Assembly (NCBI GenBank): GCA_965655095.1
Contig: OZ296648.1
Location: forward strand, 51,832,001-51,896,000
Reading direction: 5' to 3'
Length of the DNA: 64,000 bases
Source of the DNA: Haplodiscus bocki
Taxonomy: Eukaryota
The notes below the pieces were generated by a model, which was not told the origin of the DNA, made no database searches, and saw only the letters and a list, made by a program, of their open reading frames with translations. Of this stretch, positions 38,964 through 50,933 are shown piece after piece. How positions within the stretch are numbered: position 1 is the first letter of the stretch; each line of letters begins with the position of its first letter. The translations under genes were made by a program, and so were the position numbers.

Positions 38964-39038
38964 GGGGGTAAATCCAACCTCACCTCCTCGTGGTACCCCC
39001 TCGGGGACAGTGCTGCTAGCACTGTCTAACGAACGAGG
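38964..39038 (+). ncRNA. HDV-like self-cleaving ribozyme fold at the 5' end of the RTE element
   Basis: P1 GGGGGT(38964-69)/ACCCCC(38995-39000); P2 CCTC(38978-81)/GAGG(39035-38); P3 ACC/GGT closing L3 TCCTCGT(38985-91); P1.1 CC/GG(39003-04); P4 GACAGTGCT/AGCACTGTC; J4/2 CGAA with the catalytic C at 39030. Confidence 0.82.
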
Positions 39039-42000
39039 CTCTGGCTGTGGAAGGCAATAGCAAACCACCACAGTATCCTGCTAAGAAACCATGAAGTTCA
39101 ATATAGTAAATCAAGAAAACGACGTTAACGTAGCCCAAAGGGGAGACGCGTCCGGTATGGATTGCACTACCAGGCAGGGTGCACCAGATCGTCATCATGC
39201 TACTGCCAAGATGGAAAAGCAAAAGAAAAAGAAGAATGTGTTCAAAATCGCAACATGGAACGTGAGAACACTGTTACAGCATGGAAAGTTGGAAAACGTG
39301 AAAAAAGAAATGGATCGTTTGAAATTCGATATCTTCGGAATATCAGAAATGCGTTGGAAAGGAAGTGGACGTATTCAAACCGACGACCACACTGTCATTT
39401 TCTCCGGCTCAGAAAACAGAAGCGAGATGGGAGTTGGATTGATATTTAACAAAAAGTGGTCAAAGAAGTTGACCGGATTTTGGCCGATTTCTGAACGAGT
39501 CCTTCTGGCCAAATTATCGACCGCGCCAATGCCAATGATTATTGTCCAAGTGTATGCTCCGTCAGCAACATCAACAGATAGTGAGATCGAGGCATTTTAC
39601 GATGATGTCGAAACAGCCATTAACAAATGCAAATCCAGAGATATCACAATGGTCATTGGTGACTGGAATGCGAAAGTAGGCAATGAAGAATCCTGTAGTG
39701 CCGTGGGACCTTTCGGACTGGATGAAAGAAATGAAAGAGGTGACAGATTTATTGAATGGTGCGAGGATCACAAGATGGTCATCAGCAACACATGGTTCCA
39801 AAATCGAAAAAGTAGATTGTATACATGGCGAAGCCCTGGTGATCGTACAAGAAACCAAATTGATTATATATGTGTGAATGAAAGATGGAGAAATTCCATC
39901 CTGGACTGCAAAACGTACCCTGGGGCGGACATCGGAAGTGATCACAATCCAGTTGTTGCAAAGGTGAGAGTGATTTTGAAAAAGACAAAAGCAACTGAAT
40001 TGAGACGCAGGAGGGATTATCAGTCTATTGATCCGGCTACCAGTCATGAAATAGAACACTTTGGAAGACAGATATGGACACACGAAGATAGAGAAACGAA
40101 AGAAACCACATGGGAGAAATTCAAACGTGTTTGTCATCTAGTAGATGAAAAATTTGTGCCTGTACGTAAACAACACAAAAACGGGTGGATCACTGAAGAG
40201 ATCCTAGAATTGATGGAAAAACGAAGGAAAGTTAAATTTGACGACAGAAGATACAAAGAAACAGACTGCATCATCAAACGAAAATGTATGGAGGAAAAAA
40301 TGAAGTATTATGACGCGCAATGTAACGAAATTGAATTGACTGAAAAATATATGCCAAGAGATCACCATCAAAGAATACAACAAGTAACCGGTAAGAAATG
40401 GAAAAATCGAAAGGATTCGAACGTGTTAAAGGACAAAGAAGGAAACATCATGATTGAAAAAGATCAAATTATTGAACGATGGAGAGAATACATTGAAGAA
40501 CTGTATAGTGACGATGAACGACTGCAAGAAACGATAAAGTTCGAGGGCGAATTGACTGGTAATAAAATTGAAAAAGATGAAATAGTGAAAGCAATGAATA
40601 CAATGAAAACGGACAAAGCGATTGGAAATGATGAAATACCTGTCGAAACGATCAGAAATCTGGGCAACACTGGTTTAGATATGCTACAGAAAATGTTTAG
40701 CGAGGTATATGAAAGTGGAAAATGGGATATTGAGATGATGGAATCAACGTTTATACCGTTACCAAAGAAACCAAAAGCAATTGACTGTAGTAACTTCAGG
40801 GCTATTAGCATAATGAATCACTCGACGAAAATATTATTGCGAATCATTATAAATAGAATGAAAAATGCCATTCATGCAGAAGTCAATGAATGCCAGAACG
40901 GCTTCATGCCGGATAAAGGAACTCGAAACGCCGTGTATGTACTCAACCGGATCGCAGAAAGAAGTAAACAAGTACAGAAAAAGGTGTTCTGCTGCTTTAT
41001 TGATTACACAAAGGCGTTCGACCGAGTCCAACACAACATATTATTTGAGATTTTGAGTGATCTAGACGTTAACGACAAAGATATCCGACTAATGCACAAC
41101 CTTTATTTCGGACAAAAAGCGAATATCCGAGTCTGTAATACGAAGTCAGAAAATGTGGATATAAAGAAGGGAGTGAGACAAGGATGCGTTGCATCGCCAG
41201 ATCTGTTCTCTTTATATTCGGAGGTGATAAGGAGAGCAATAGACAGAGAAAATGGAGTCAACATCGGAGGCCATAATATAACCAATATCCGATTCGCAGA
41301 CGATACAGTTTTAACAGCAAATACAGCAGACGATCTACAGATTCTACTGGAAAAAACCAACGCGAAATGTAGAAAGTTTGGAATGGAGATAAATACGAAA
41401 AAACGGTCATCATGGTACTAAACGGAGATGGAAAAGTGAAAACAGAGATCAAACTAAATGGTGAAGTTCTTAAAGAAGTGGAAAAATTCAAATACCTGGG
41501 AAGCTGGATAACGACTAATGGAGGACACATGACTGATATTAAATGTCGAATTGCCGAAACGAAAATAGCTTTTGCGGACATGAAAAATATACTAGCTAAT
41601 CTTAAAATGCCGTTTGACTTGAGATACCGAATTTTGAATTGTTATGTCATGCCTATACTTCTGTACGGATGTGAAAATTGGATATTGAACCAACAACAAA
41701 TTAAAAGACTAGAAGCGACCGAAATGTGGTTTATACGGCGAATGCAAAAGATCAGCTGGAAAGAAAAGAAGACAAACGAACAGGTACTCAGAGAAACTAT
41801 CGGAAAACGAAAATTAATACAAAAAATTGTGCAGCGACAAGTGTCATTTTTTGGACACGTTATGAGAAAACGACAACTGGAAAACATCGTAACAACAGCA
41901 AAAATAAATGGAAAACGGAAGAGAGGAAAACCATCGATCCAGTATATGGATCAAATTAAAAAATGGACCCAGCAAGATTCCATCGAGAGCCTGATGTCGA

Positions 42001-42064
42001 AAACTTACGAACGGACTTTATTGGTTGCCCAAGTCCATTGACAAGGCACGCAAAGAAGAAGAAG
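38965..42064 (+). mobile_element. Full-length RTE-clade non-LTR retrotransposon
   Basis: Perfect 12-bp TSD AAGAAAAAGTTG at 38953-38964 and 42065-42076; short 5' UTR, single APE-RT ORF, very short 3' UTR and (AAG)n tail. Confidence 0.95.
39091..42041 (+). CDS. RTE APE endonuclease-reverse transcriptase polyprotein, split by one frameshift near 41400
   Basis: APE motifs TWNVRTL, GISEMRW, QVYAP, GDWNAKVG, QIDYI, GSDH; RT motifs FIDYTKAFD, GVRQGC, RFADD, FKYLGS; RTE-type C-terminus FFGHVMR..GKRKRG. One extra A in the A6 run restores INTKKTVIMVLNG and joins the 776-aa and 209-aa ORFs. Confidence 0.95.
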
Positions 42065-42324
42065 AAGAAAAAGTTGCTATATTGATGCAGAAAAATTAAC
42101 AAAAATGGGTGGCGGAAAACATCCTGGCGGTAGCCGAGCGTGTTGTCCTTTTCATTCTACCAGAATGATAATATGAACAGTTTTTCCGGTAATATCTTCG
42201 GTTCCAACCCAAAATACCCAAGCCCGAAAAACCCAAACCCAAAATACCCAAAGTTCAAAATACCCAAGGCCAAAATATCCAAAGTCCAAAACACCCATGG
42301 CCAAAAAACCAACTGTCCCAAAAT

Positions 42325-44391
42325 GGTTACAGGACTTTTGCTACTAGTCCATTTGCTAATATGATATTTGATACTACGTAAATTGCTATAAGGTACTTTG
42401 CTAGTATATACTATTTGCTACTCTTCAATTTTTGTTACTAAAGTTCAAACGCTACTACGCACTCAAAAACTCTTGAAGGTCATACATGATCACACGTAAT
42501 TTGATTGACACCGTACGGTATGCGCCTCAAAAGCAGAATAGTAAACAACATTAAAAATCAGTAAACACTTTTTAATTTTATTCAATTTTCTACACGCAAA
42601 CAGAATGACTTACTTAACTTGATTGAGTTGTTCTATACTGCGGATAAACAGTATGTGCTTCATAAGCCGAAAAGTAAACAACATTAAAAACACCAGTAAA
42701 CAACTTTTCAACGTTTTTCGTACGCGTGGATAAAATTACTCATCTTTCAATCAAAAAATATATACGTTGCAATGTTGCTACAACGATATTTAGGTGTCTT
42801 TACATTGGCGTTCGTTGCCAAACGGGTACTGCTTGTGCCTGTAAAAATTGGAAAAACTAAATTGAACCTTCCTTCTGCCAGGTTTCCTAAAACAATCCGC
42901 ATTATTCACCACCCGGTTTACACAAATTCCAGCTTCCTGGAGTTTGGGAAAGCCTGGGTTGGGACGGGGAGCGGTAAATAAAACTGCTAAAAATGCTCTG
43001 ATCCAGGCACTAAAATTTGAGCTCTCAATTCGCAATAGTTTTTGAGAGTTTGTTCCTGAAATTTTTGGAAAACAGACAAAATTTAATTATGATTAACGTA
43101 TAATAACTTGAATGACAAATTGTGTCAATGCCACACAAGCTAAATCATTCACTGGAGATGAGCGATGCTCCATAAGAAAGGCATGAGTTTTTCTTTCTTT
43201 TCATCATAGGAGTTTATGAAGGTATGACCTCGGTCAATCAGCTGCTGATCTGTTTTGCGTAAATTCTTTTGGTGACCAGTCCCAGCCTGTAGGACATTGA
43301 ATTTATGATTTTCGATGATTAGAGCATTGTGGCGGAACATCTGGAGGAAAGTCCACACTTTCGGATGATTGGTGTTAAAAAGCGGTTGGATTCTATAATG
43401 CCAGGATTCAACTGCATTATTTGTGCTCGATAGCTTTCAAAAAAACTGCTCTGTTTTAACTCCAGATTGACGGTTCAAATGTTGGGGCTCTTCTAGTACT
43501 TTTAATGTGGGCTTTTTGGAAGTAGCATGCAAATTTCTTGACTTTTTCTGAAATTTCATCGTCTGATTCGAATTTCAAAGGATGTCACCTTCTTCTTCTA
43601 TTACTAAAAAGAAACCTTCTTCAAGGTGCTTCACTGGTAAAAAAAAGCAGTTGCAGGTACCATTTTCAAGGCTAGGGCCAATTCTGGGGTCGTTGTGGAA
43701 TTTTTTTTCGAACCGACTCCATTTTTTTGCGCAGAACGGATTGTCAAAGAAGAGCGTAACATCCATAGTCTTTTTCAGCTAGAAACGTTGTGGAAAACGC
43801 ATCAACAGCCGCCTTTTTGAAGTCCATCATTATTCTTGCAGGATTTGTTTTCAGTATTGACTGCACGTGGTGGACTGTTGTTAGTGTTTTTTCTTTTAGT
43901 TGGTTTTTGGCTTGTCTCTTTTCCGTTTCCCTTGGCTTAATGTTGCAGATATGATCTTTCGGTTTTTTTACAATTTCATTTCTTGATGTTATCACTAACC
44001 TTGAACATTTAATTTGACGATAATAGCGGCAAATCCAATGTGTTGTTGTGTTTTTCTTTTTTTTTAAACGTATTAATAACTTGGTATATGAGAGTTGGGC
44101 ATCCTCGGTTGGAAGTTCCAAAATATTCATTTTGATGAGTTAGTTGACAATTGAGCAAAGTTCAACCTATGTCTTACATATATATAACGAATAGATGATT
44201 ACTTAATTAAGGGATAAGTAAATTGCGTTAATCATCCTATGAAGCGGAAGTGCGTCAAATGTAAATGTCTTAGAACATTACCTGATAAATACGTAGTGGC
44301 AACGTATTAATAGTAGCAAAGTGTCTAGTTGCATTTTTTCTATTAGCAGGAAGCCTAGTAGCAAGTTAACTTGTAGAACTTTCTTGGCACC
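42325..44391 (-). mobile_element. Mutator (MULE) element nested in the left TIR of the outer element
   Basis: TIRs with TTGCTACTAG subrepeats; flanks TCCCAAAAT (42316-24) and TACCAAAAT (44392-400), 8/9. Contains a transposase relic. Confidence 0.8.
43150..44130 (-). pseudogene. FLYWCH-MULE transposase, internally deleted and frameshifted
   Basis: HWICRYYRQIKC...KDHIC (FLYWCH-like), PARIMMDFKKAAVDAF...GCY (MULE DDE second block), STNNAVESWH...HPKVWTFL (RTNNxxExWH..HPxxWxFI). Confidence 0.85.
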
Positions 44392-44699
44392 TACCAAAAT
44401 ACCCAAGATTGAAACAGCAATACCAAATAATTAATTAAGAGCGTATTGTCAATACAAGTGCCCAAAATATTTGAATGTTGAATATACTTAATTGAATACT
44501 TAATTGATATCTTAGTTATGATGGTGAAATTAATGCTTCTTGCAATAAACTTCTATACCCCCTTATAAACACACTTCACTAAATTATTATCACATCTAGG
44601 ATCAACTTTGCAAAAAATTCACCCTTTTGACAACTAAAATTTTCCGGAATACCGAGATGTTTGTTGGGGGGGTCATAATTTCAACTCTCAGTGTCGAAG

Positions 44700-45912
44700 A
44701 TTTTGTGACGTGAGTTACCATTTTTTTCTCCCAGTGTCGATGTCAAAAAATTGGTGAAATGAACCACAATTTTGTCTCACAGAGTCGAAAACTTTATGAG
44801 GTGAGTAATCATTTTGTCTCCAAGTGTAAAAAAGATTTGTGAGACGAATTACAGTTTTGTCTCACAGTGTCGAATATTTTGAGAAGTGAATTACATTTTT
44901 GTCTCACAGTGTAGAAAAATTGGTGAGACGAATTAAAATTTTGTCTCACAGTGTCGAATATTTTGAGAGGTGAATTAAAATTTTGTCTCACAGTGTCGAA
45001 AACTTTATGAGGTGAGTTACCATTTTGTCTCCAAGTGTAAAAAAAGTTTGTGAGACGAATTACAGTTTTGTCTCACAGTGTCGAATATTTTGAGAAGTGA
45101 ATTACATTTTTGTCTCACAGTGTAGAAAAATTGGTGAGACGAATTAAAATTTTGTCTCACAGTGTCGAATATTTTGAGAGGTGAATTAAAATTTTGTCTC
45201 ACAGTGTCGAAAACTTTATGAGGTGAGTTACCATTTTGTCTCCAAGTGTAAAAAAAATTTGTGAGACGAATTACAGTTTTGTCTCACAGTGTCGAATATT
45301 TTGAGAAGTGAATTACATTTTTGTCTCACAGTGTAGAAAAATTGGTGAGACGAATTAAAATTTTGTCTCACAGTGTCGAATATTTTGAGAGGTGAATTAA
45401 AATTTTGTCTCACAGTGTCGAAAACTTTATGAGGTGAGTTACCATTTTGTCTCCAAGTGTAAAAAAAATTTGTGAGACGAATTACAGTTTTGTCTCACAG
45501 TGTCGAATATTTTGAGAAGTGAATTACATTTTTGTCTCACAGTGTAGAAAAATTGGTGAGACGAATTAAAATTTTGTCTCACAGTGTCGAATATTTTGAG
45601 AGGTGAATTAAAATTTTGTCTCACAGTGTCGAAAACTTTATGAGGTGAGTTACCATTTTGTCTCCAAGTGTAAAAAAAATTTGTGAGACGAATTACAGTT
45701 TTGTCTCACAGTGTCGAATATTTTGAGAAGTGAATTACATTTTTGTCTCACAGTGTAGAAAAATTGGTGAGACGAATTAAAATTTTGTCTCACAGTGTCG
45801 AATATTTTGAGAGGTGAATTAAAATTTTGTCTCACAGTGTCAAAAATTTTGAGAGATGAATTACAATTTTGTCTCATAGTTCGAAAAATTTGTGAGGTGA
45901 ATTACAATTTTT
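44700..45912. repeat. 42-bp minisatellite organised as a 211-bp five-monomer higher-order repeat (about 5 copies)
   Basis: Monomer core TTTTGTCTCACAGTGTCGAA. The variant AACTTTATGAGGTGAG recurs every 211 bp, consistent with ORF-track ends at 45017, 45228, 45439 and 45650. Degenerate monomers at both edges. Confidence 0.95.
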
Positions 45913-46435
45913 AGGATAACATATTGTGCGAAAATTTTTGGACAAAAAATATAGAATTATGGAATTGCAAGTTTCCGTTTAGTTTTAAAGAAAAATAGTT
46001 TTGAATTTTTCAACAATGTTTTTCGGTTCAAGGTAATTTTCTGTAAATATTTTGACTTGTGGTATTTTTTTCTGACACCACTAATATTTTGAAGCATCAT
46101 TAAACCTAAGTATTTAGTAGCGTCTTGAAACTTTTAGTTTAAGACGCTCTTATTTATTAGTTTAGTATGGCTAATTCAATCTTGGCTTTTTTGAGACTTT
46201 GGGTATTTTGGCCTTGGGTATTTTGTAACTTTGGGTATTTTAGGTCTGGTTATTTTGTCCTGCCACCATTATTTTCAGCTAATGAGTCATGAAAACATTT
46301 ATGATTGTTTTTCGGAAGTTGAATCCAAAAAGTTACAAATTTTTCACAAGACACCAAGAATTTTGAAAACCTACGCTTTACCTTTCATTGCATTCAAATT
46401 TCAAAAATGAAATCATTTCATGTTCTCAATTTTAG

Positions 46436-46624
46436 TTCACACACGTTGTGCTGGCTTACAATTGGTGGGACGAGTATTGGGCGCTTCTCGGAATTTCGAA
46501 TTTCGTCACAAAGACGTGGGAACAGTCTTACCTACAGACGGATCTGATGATCAATATCACAAATGTTGGCAAACAGACCAAAAAGGAGTTACTGCAATCT
46601 CGATTAGCGGCTGAAAAACTGCAG
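46436..46624 (+). pseudogene. M1-like exon (WW..W..EG-equivalent)
   Basis: TTTTAG acceptor and CAG|GTAAAA donor; 63 open codons. FTHVVLAYNWWDEYWALLGISNF aligns without gaps to WFGNLVTMxWWDDLWLNEGFASY. Confidence 0.85.
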
Positions 46625-46905
46625 GTAAAATAACATATCTTTCAAAATGTTTCAAATGTTATTTAGTAATACTATATAAATTTTCATATGCAGCATTGAG
46701 AAAAATGAATTATTAAAAAATATTCGTACTTAGAAATGACAATGAATCAATTTATCAAATGTGCAACCGATCTTTTAACAGAAAATGTTCATTTTCCGAG
46801 CGTTTGGGTTCATTAGAAAAATTGTTAAAATTTTGGCATTTTTGGGTTAAATTTTGAATTACCATGAAACCACATTTTTTTAAACAAATTGCCATTGTTC
46901 TTCAG

Positions 46906-47049
46906 TATCGATTTTTCAAACGTGTCTGGGATGCGTTGGTGTTCAACTCTCAGCAACCTCTTCAACTAGTTCCTGACTTCTTCCGATCCGCGAACAACTC
47001 TCAGATTCGCAAAACTGCCATCATATCAAGCCCACAAGCAGCCTTCAAG
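46906..47049 (+). pseudogene. M1-like exon ending at the YxK|GA-equivalent
   Basis: TTCAG acceptor; 48 open codons YRFFKRVWDALVFNSQ...PQAAFK; donor AAG|GT, phase 0. Confidence 0.7.
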
Positions 47050-47073
47050 GTTCGCTAATCCTATATACAAGTA

Positions 47074-47856
47074 CAGTGGTGTCATAAAGAAATGCGACTA
47101 AGCGTGAATTTTAGTCAAATTTGAGCACTCAGATTTTGCAAATTAATCGATTCAGAGAGAACTCTCCGGAGCAAAAGTTTCTAGAATTTTGACGTAGATT
47201 ACAATGGTTTATGTTTGAAAATCCTAGGACCAGTAGTAGAAAAATTACGAAGATGATATTTTTGGGGAAAATTAATTATTTGACAGATTTTTCACATTTT
47301 CGTGAACTGAAAGAAGTTTTTTTCGGGTAAGTATTATGCTCAAAAGATGCCCTTGAAAATCCTCCGGTTGGCGGCTTGATTTGAGAATAAGATTTTGGTC
47401 GGAAACTCATAGAAATTTTCAATCAGTTGATACTCAAAAAAGAAAATTCATGTTTAAAGATGGGAAATAGAAATTTTGATCCCGTTGTTTGACGTATTCT
47501 ATTCGAGAGATAGTTTTGGGGAAATTGTAAAAGTAAATAGTTTTCGAGAAGATCCAAACGAACAAAACTGTCCACATGAATTTTTCTCTACTGTTGTTGA
47601 GAAATTTGGAAAAAAACTGCAAAATTTTTGTGCTTATAGACAATACATACATGGCTAGAATGGAACAGCTTCTAACGGAATTTTCAATTTTTTTCGATCA
47701 CTACTTTAAGCGAAGAAAATAAGCATCTAGTAGGCTTTAAAATGAGCTTTCTTATGGTACCTTTATTTACTCTCAAAGTCTATTATTTATTGATTTAATT
47801 AAAATTCTACAGGTTTAATCAAAATTACTCAGTCACATTTTTTTATGACACTACTG
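47074..47856. mobile_element. Tc1/mariner-type non-autonomous element
   Basis: TA-flanked on both sides; TIR CAGTGGTGTCATAAAGAAATGCGACT versus CAGTAGTGTCATAAAAAAATGTGACT (23/26). Confidence 0.88.
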
Positions 47857-48573
47857 TATAATGGAGATATAAAATGGTGTCTCGGATTTTCAAAACTATC
47901 AAAATTTTAATAACGTCATTGCTGAAGACCGAAGCCATCAAGTGAAAATAGCGAGCCAATAAAAAGCGAGTAAATAAAATTCAGTGACTGTGTTTCGGTT
48001 ATGGCGTCATGATGATCATTCCGAATGAAGAAAGCGAGTGAGTTCATCAAGTTTTACGCTGGATTCACTCACGAACTTTATTCTTTCAGCGTGATAACAG
48101 TGACTCCGAAGCTGAAAAAACTTGAACAGATCTCTAAAAAATCTAGGAGAGATTGGAAATTTAATCTGCCGATCCGGGAGAAGGTTTTGCTCATTTCCAT
48201 AATTTCTCATTCTTGAAAGTTGCTCCAAGATACACTAATGTAAAAATGAATCATGAACAATTCGATTTTATGTAAACAGCTTGAACTGTGAAAAAATATA
48301 TATCCAATTCTAACTACTTTTGTTCCTATCGACACTGATTATCCAATTGTGAGAGTCTTGGGTTGGATCAAGGACCCTCCTAAAGTTTAAGATTACTTCG
48401 CGAACACTAACAGATGCAAAATATTGCAAAGGAACTATTGGCCCCCAACTTTTTTTCGTAGTTTTTTATGAGATGAGTGAAATTTTAGCCAATTGCAATT
48501 TTTTAAATAGACAATGGGACAATTTTACATAACATTCTTTTTTATATATATATTTTTTGCTTTTGTTTTTTAG

Positions 48574-48729
48574 GCAGCTTCCATCATTAGCATGCTGCAC
48601 ATGGCGAGGAAGGTTTTCCTGGAAGAAGTATTCAAAAGGCGTCCCTGTCTTAGAAGTCCCTTCATCGCAGCCAATCACAATTGCGACCGGCTATTCTATA
48701 TCAACACTATCCTTCAAATTAATTCCCAA
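48574..48729 (+). pseudogene. M1-like exon starting at the GASVLRML-equivalent
   Basis: Strong polypyrimidine acceptor; AASIISMLHMARKVFLEEVF...INSQ, 52 open codons; donor CAA|GTACGC. Confidence 0.75.
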
Positions 48730-49139
48730 GTACGCTCATTTCACCACTTTGCCGCAGTCAAAACCACAAACTCTAGTACTGAATTATTAATGAAATTTTG
48801 TCCACGATGGCTGGCTTATATGATCATCAAGATACACCTTGAAACTTCGATTAAAATTTGAAAAATCTTTTTATAAGAAGTATTTCTTCGAAAAGTTTTG
48901 TTTCAGTTGGATTCCTCTTTTCCAACAATATCAGTTGAAGATTTCATGAAGAGGTGGTCCAATTACATTTTCTCGCCAGAAATTTTTCTGGAAGCAAAGT
49001 GAGTCATTTTCATTTTCAATGCACAGAAAAGTTTTGTTTTTCTGTTTCAAGCTGTAGTTTCAAGAAAACACATGACGCCCGGCTATCACTGGGAAACTTT
49101 CTATCTTCCAACTTAAAAGTAAAAAGACGTATTTCAGAA

Positions 49140-49760
49140 AACCTACTGTTGGACGACTTACCGGCTGCGCTAGAATTAACACTGGTACTCGCCCTTGGGG
49201 AAAAGTTTGTTTGATTGCCACTCAACATCCCTTGTATCAGCTGATTCAAATCCTCAAGCTGCTTGGTCAAGGGCTGATGTAGCTCCTAATCTGCTCTCTA
49301 ACTTCTTCCTGATTTAGAATGTGGGTTTCATAGTCACAGTCGGCATTGTTTCTATGGGTGTTTGGGAGGGCGTTACTTTCGGAACTGTTGATTTCAGCCA
49401 TTCTGTTACTTGCGAGCGTGTCGTATCTTTTACTGTTTGCTATTTCTCAATGCGTACTGAAACCTTGCTTGGAAGTAAGAAAGATTTGAACTCAATTGGA
49501 TGGATTTTGATGAAATTTCTGAGTAATAACGATGTATCTAAAAGTTTCTTTGATGTTAACAATACTGAGTTTCTGGTAGTGGCAAGTCTAGTGAGTGTGT
49601 GAGTGCGAAATGGTCACCTGAAGAATCAGGACTAGTAAGTTTTGAGTGAAATCTGATCAACTGACTGGGCTGATTCTCAGTGGGCTATTGGTGAATTGGC
49701 GTGGTCACCTGACCGATGTTAATTTGCTATCCCTATCATCGGCGAGTTGTCATTGGCTTG
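49140..49760 (-). mobile_element. Possible LTR-element leader remnant with short frameshifted ORF
   Basis: MAEINSSESN...QEEVREQIRSYISP/TKQLEDLNQLIQGM, a short coiled-coil ORF of gag-leader character with one frameshift. Identity not certain. Confidence 0.3.
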
Positions 49761-50804
49761 GTAAAAACTGTGGTAATTAACTAATTAAGATAGGAACGTA
49801 AATCTGCCGCAACTTGTGATAAAAACCATGACTTCAATGTAGCGGAATAACTATAAACACATCATATATATCTTTGTAATGATTGCATGAATTTAATGTT
49901 TGTTTATAAAAAAGGTTTTACTACTATAGATGTTCTACAGATAGCCATCGCGCTGTGCGTTGTGCTGTATCCATTTTAGGCGTTTCTTTTTTCCTCACGA
50001 ATTCATCATTTCGTATAGTTATAATAATTAGACATGCAATTCTTCCATTAGTTCATATTTGTTCCTCAGGTTACATGAGTTCCGTTGTAGTTTGCAAGAG
50101 CACAGTTCATTCACTTCATCACAACAAATAAAGATATGCAGTAAATCCATAATGAAAACCAATTACAAAGCTTTCAATAGAAACTGATGACTTCTGACAT
50201 CATAATGTAGAGCACAGATTGTGGTTTTGATCTCTCAGATGAAAACCATTGAAGTTTGAAATTACTTGCAAATTTTATTTTGAATGATTTTCACTTTTTC
50301 GCTGAAAACTGATGAAAATCTCAATCGATGTAGAACTGAAGATGGAAGCTTTTCATCACATGGATGAAAACCGATGATTTTCCGGAGACTTGCTAAGACA
50401 CTCTATGTTGTTTACACCGCCTGAATATAAACTATTGACCTTTATATTGTTATTGGTCATTGATTCAATCTTTCATCGTTTATATCCTCATGCATGTTCT
50501 CTTTTCACTCAAATTTATGTTTGTGTTGCGCAGAATAGACTAATGGAATGAAAACATCGTTTGAATTTTGTCTTACTTTTGTCTGTCGGGCCAGTTTAGA
50601 GGGCCCTTTTGGTGTCTTTTAGTGTTTTGGTTGGAATTGACCGGTGTATTTCATGCCAGTACTTGCATATTTGAGCATTCTTCTGAGTGTGCTTTTTTCA
50701 CACATACGTTTCAGCACATCTGGTGTCCGATGGATAAACGTGCTTTTTTAGGCTCAGCAATACTCATGATAAATATTATATATGGTTACTTAGATATTAC
50801 ATAG

Positions 50805-50933
50805 TCTCGTTCAAACCCGATAAGGGAAGTAATAACACATAATTGCATCTATACCATTATGCGATTTGTGGCTATGGAACGTGCATCGAGACCTTAAAGA
50901 CAACAATGACTTCATACACATAAGTAAAAGAGC
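50805..50933 (+). pseudogene. M1-like exon with +1 frameshift
   Basis: TAG acceptor and GC|GTGAGT donor. Removing one T near 50865 gives SRSNPIREVITHNCIYTIMRLWLWNVH.. (VxxIMxxW pattern) and restores the phase-2 join to the next exon. Confidence 0.55.

Larger units (their letters stand above)
42200..46267. mobile_element. Non-autonomous Mutator-like element (outer), TIRs built of ~15-bp CAAAATACCCAA subrepeats
   Basis: Left GGTTCCAACCCAAAATACCC.. array and inverted array at 46195-46267 ending ..CCTGCCACC. Flanks AATATCTTC / ATTATTTTC (7/9, aged 9-bp TSD). Confidence 0.7.

Noticed and set aside
39162-41959. Overlapping and antisense ORFs within the RTE
   Set aside because: Shadow frames of the APE-RT ORF with no independent signal.
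44850-45840. RSS heptamer CACAGTG in most monomers, with ACA 23 bp downstream in some
   Set aside because: The would-be nonamer is ACATTTTTG rather than ACAAAAACC, and no RAG/Transib coding sequence is present. Likely coincidence.
44809-45877. Five repeated 60-75 aa ORFs
   Set aside because: By-products of the 211-bp tandem repeat.
44700-45912. CRISPR-like repeat/spacer appearance
   Set aside because: The intervening segments are repeated variants of one monomer, not unique spacers. No cas genes, and the context is eukaryotic.
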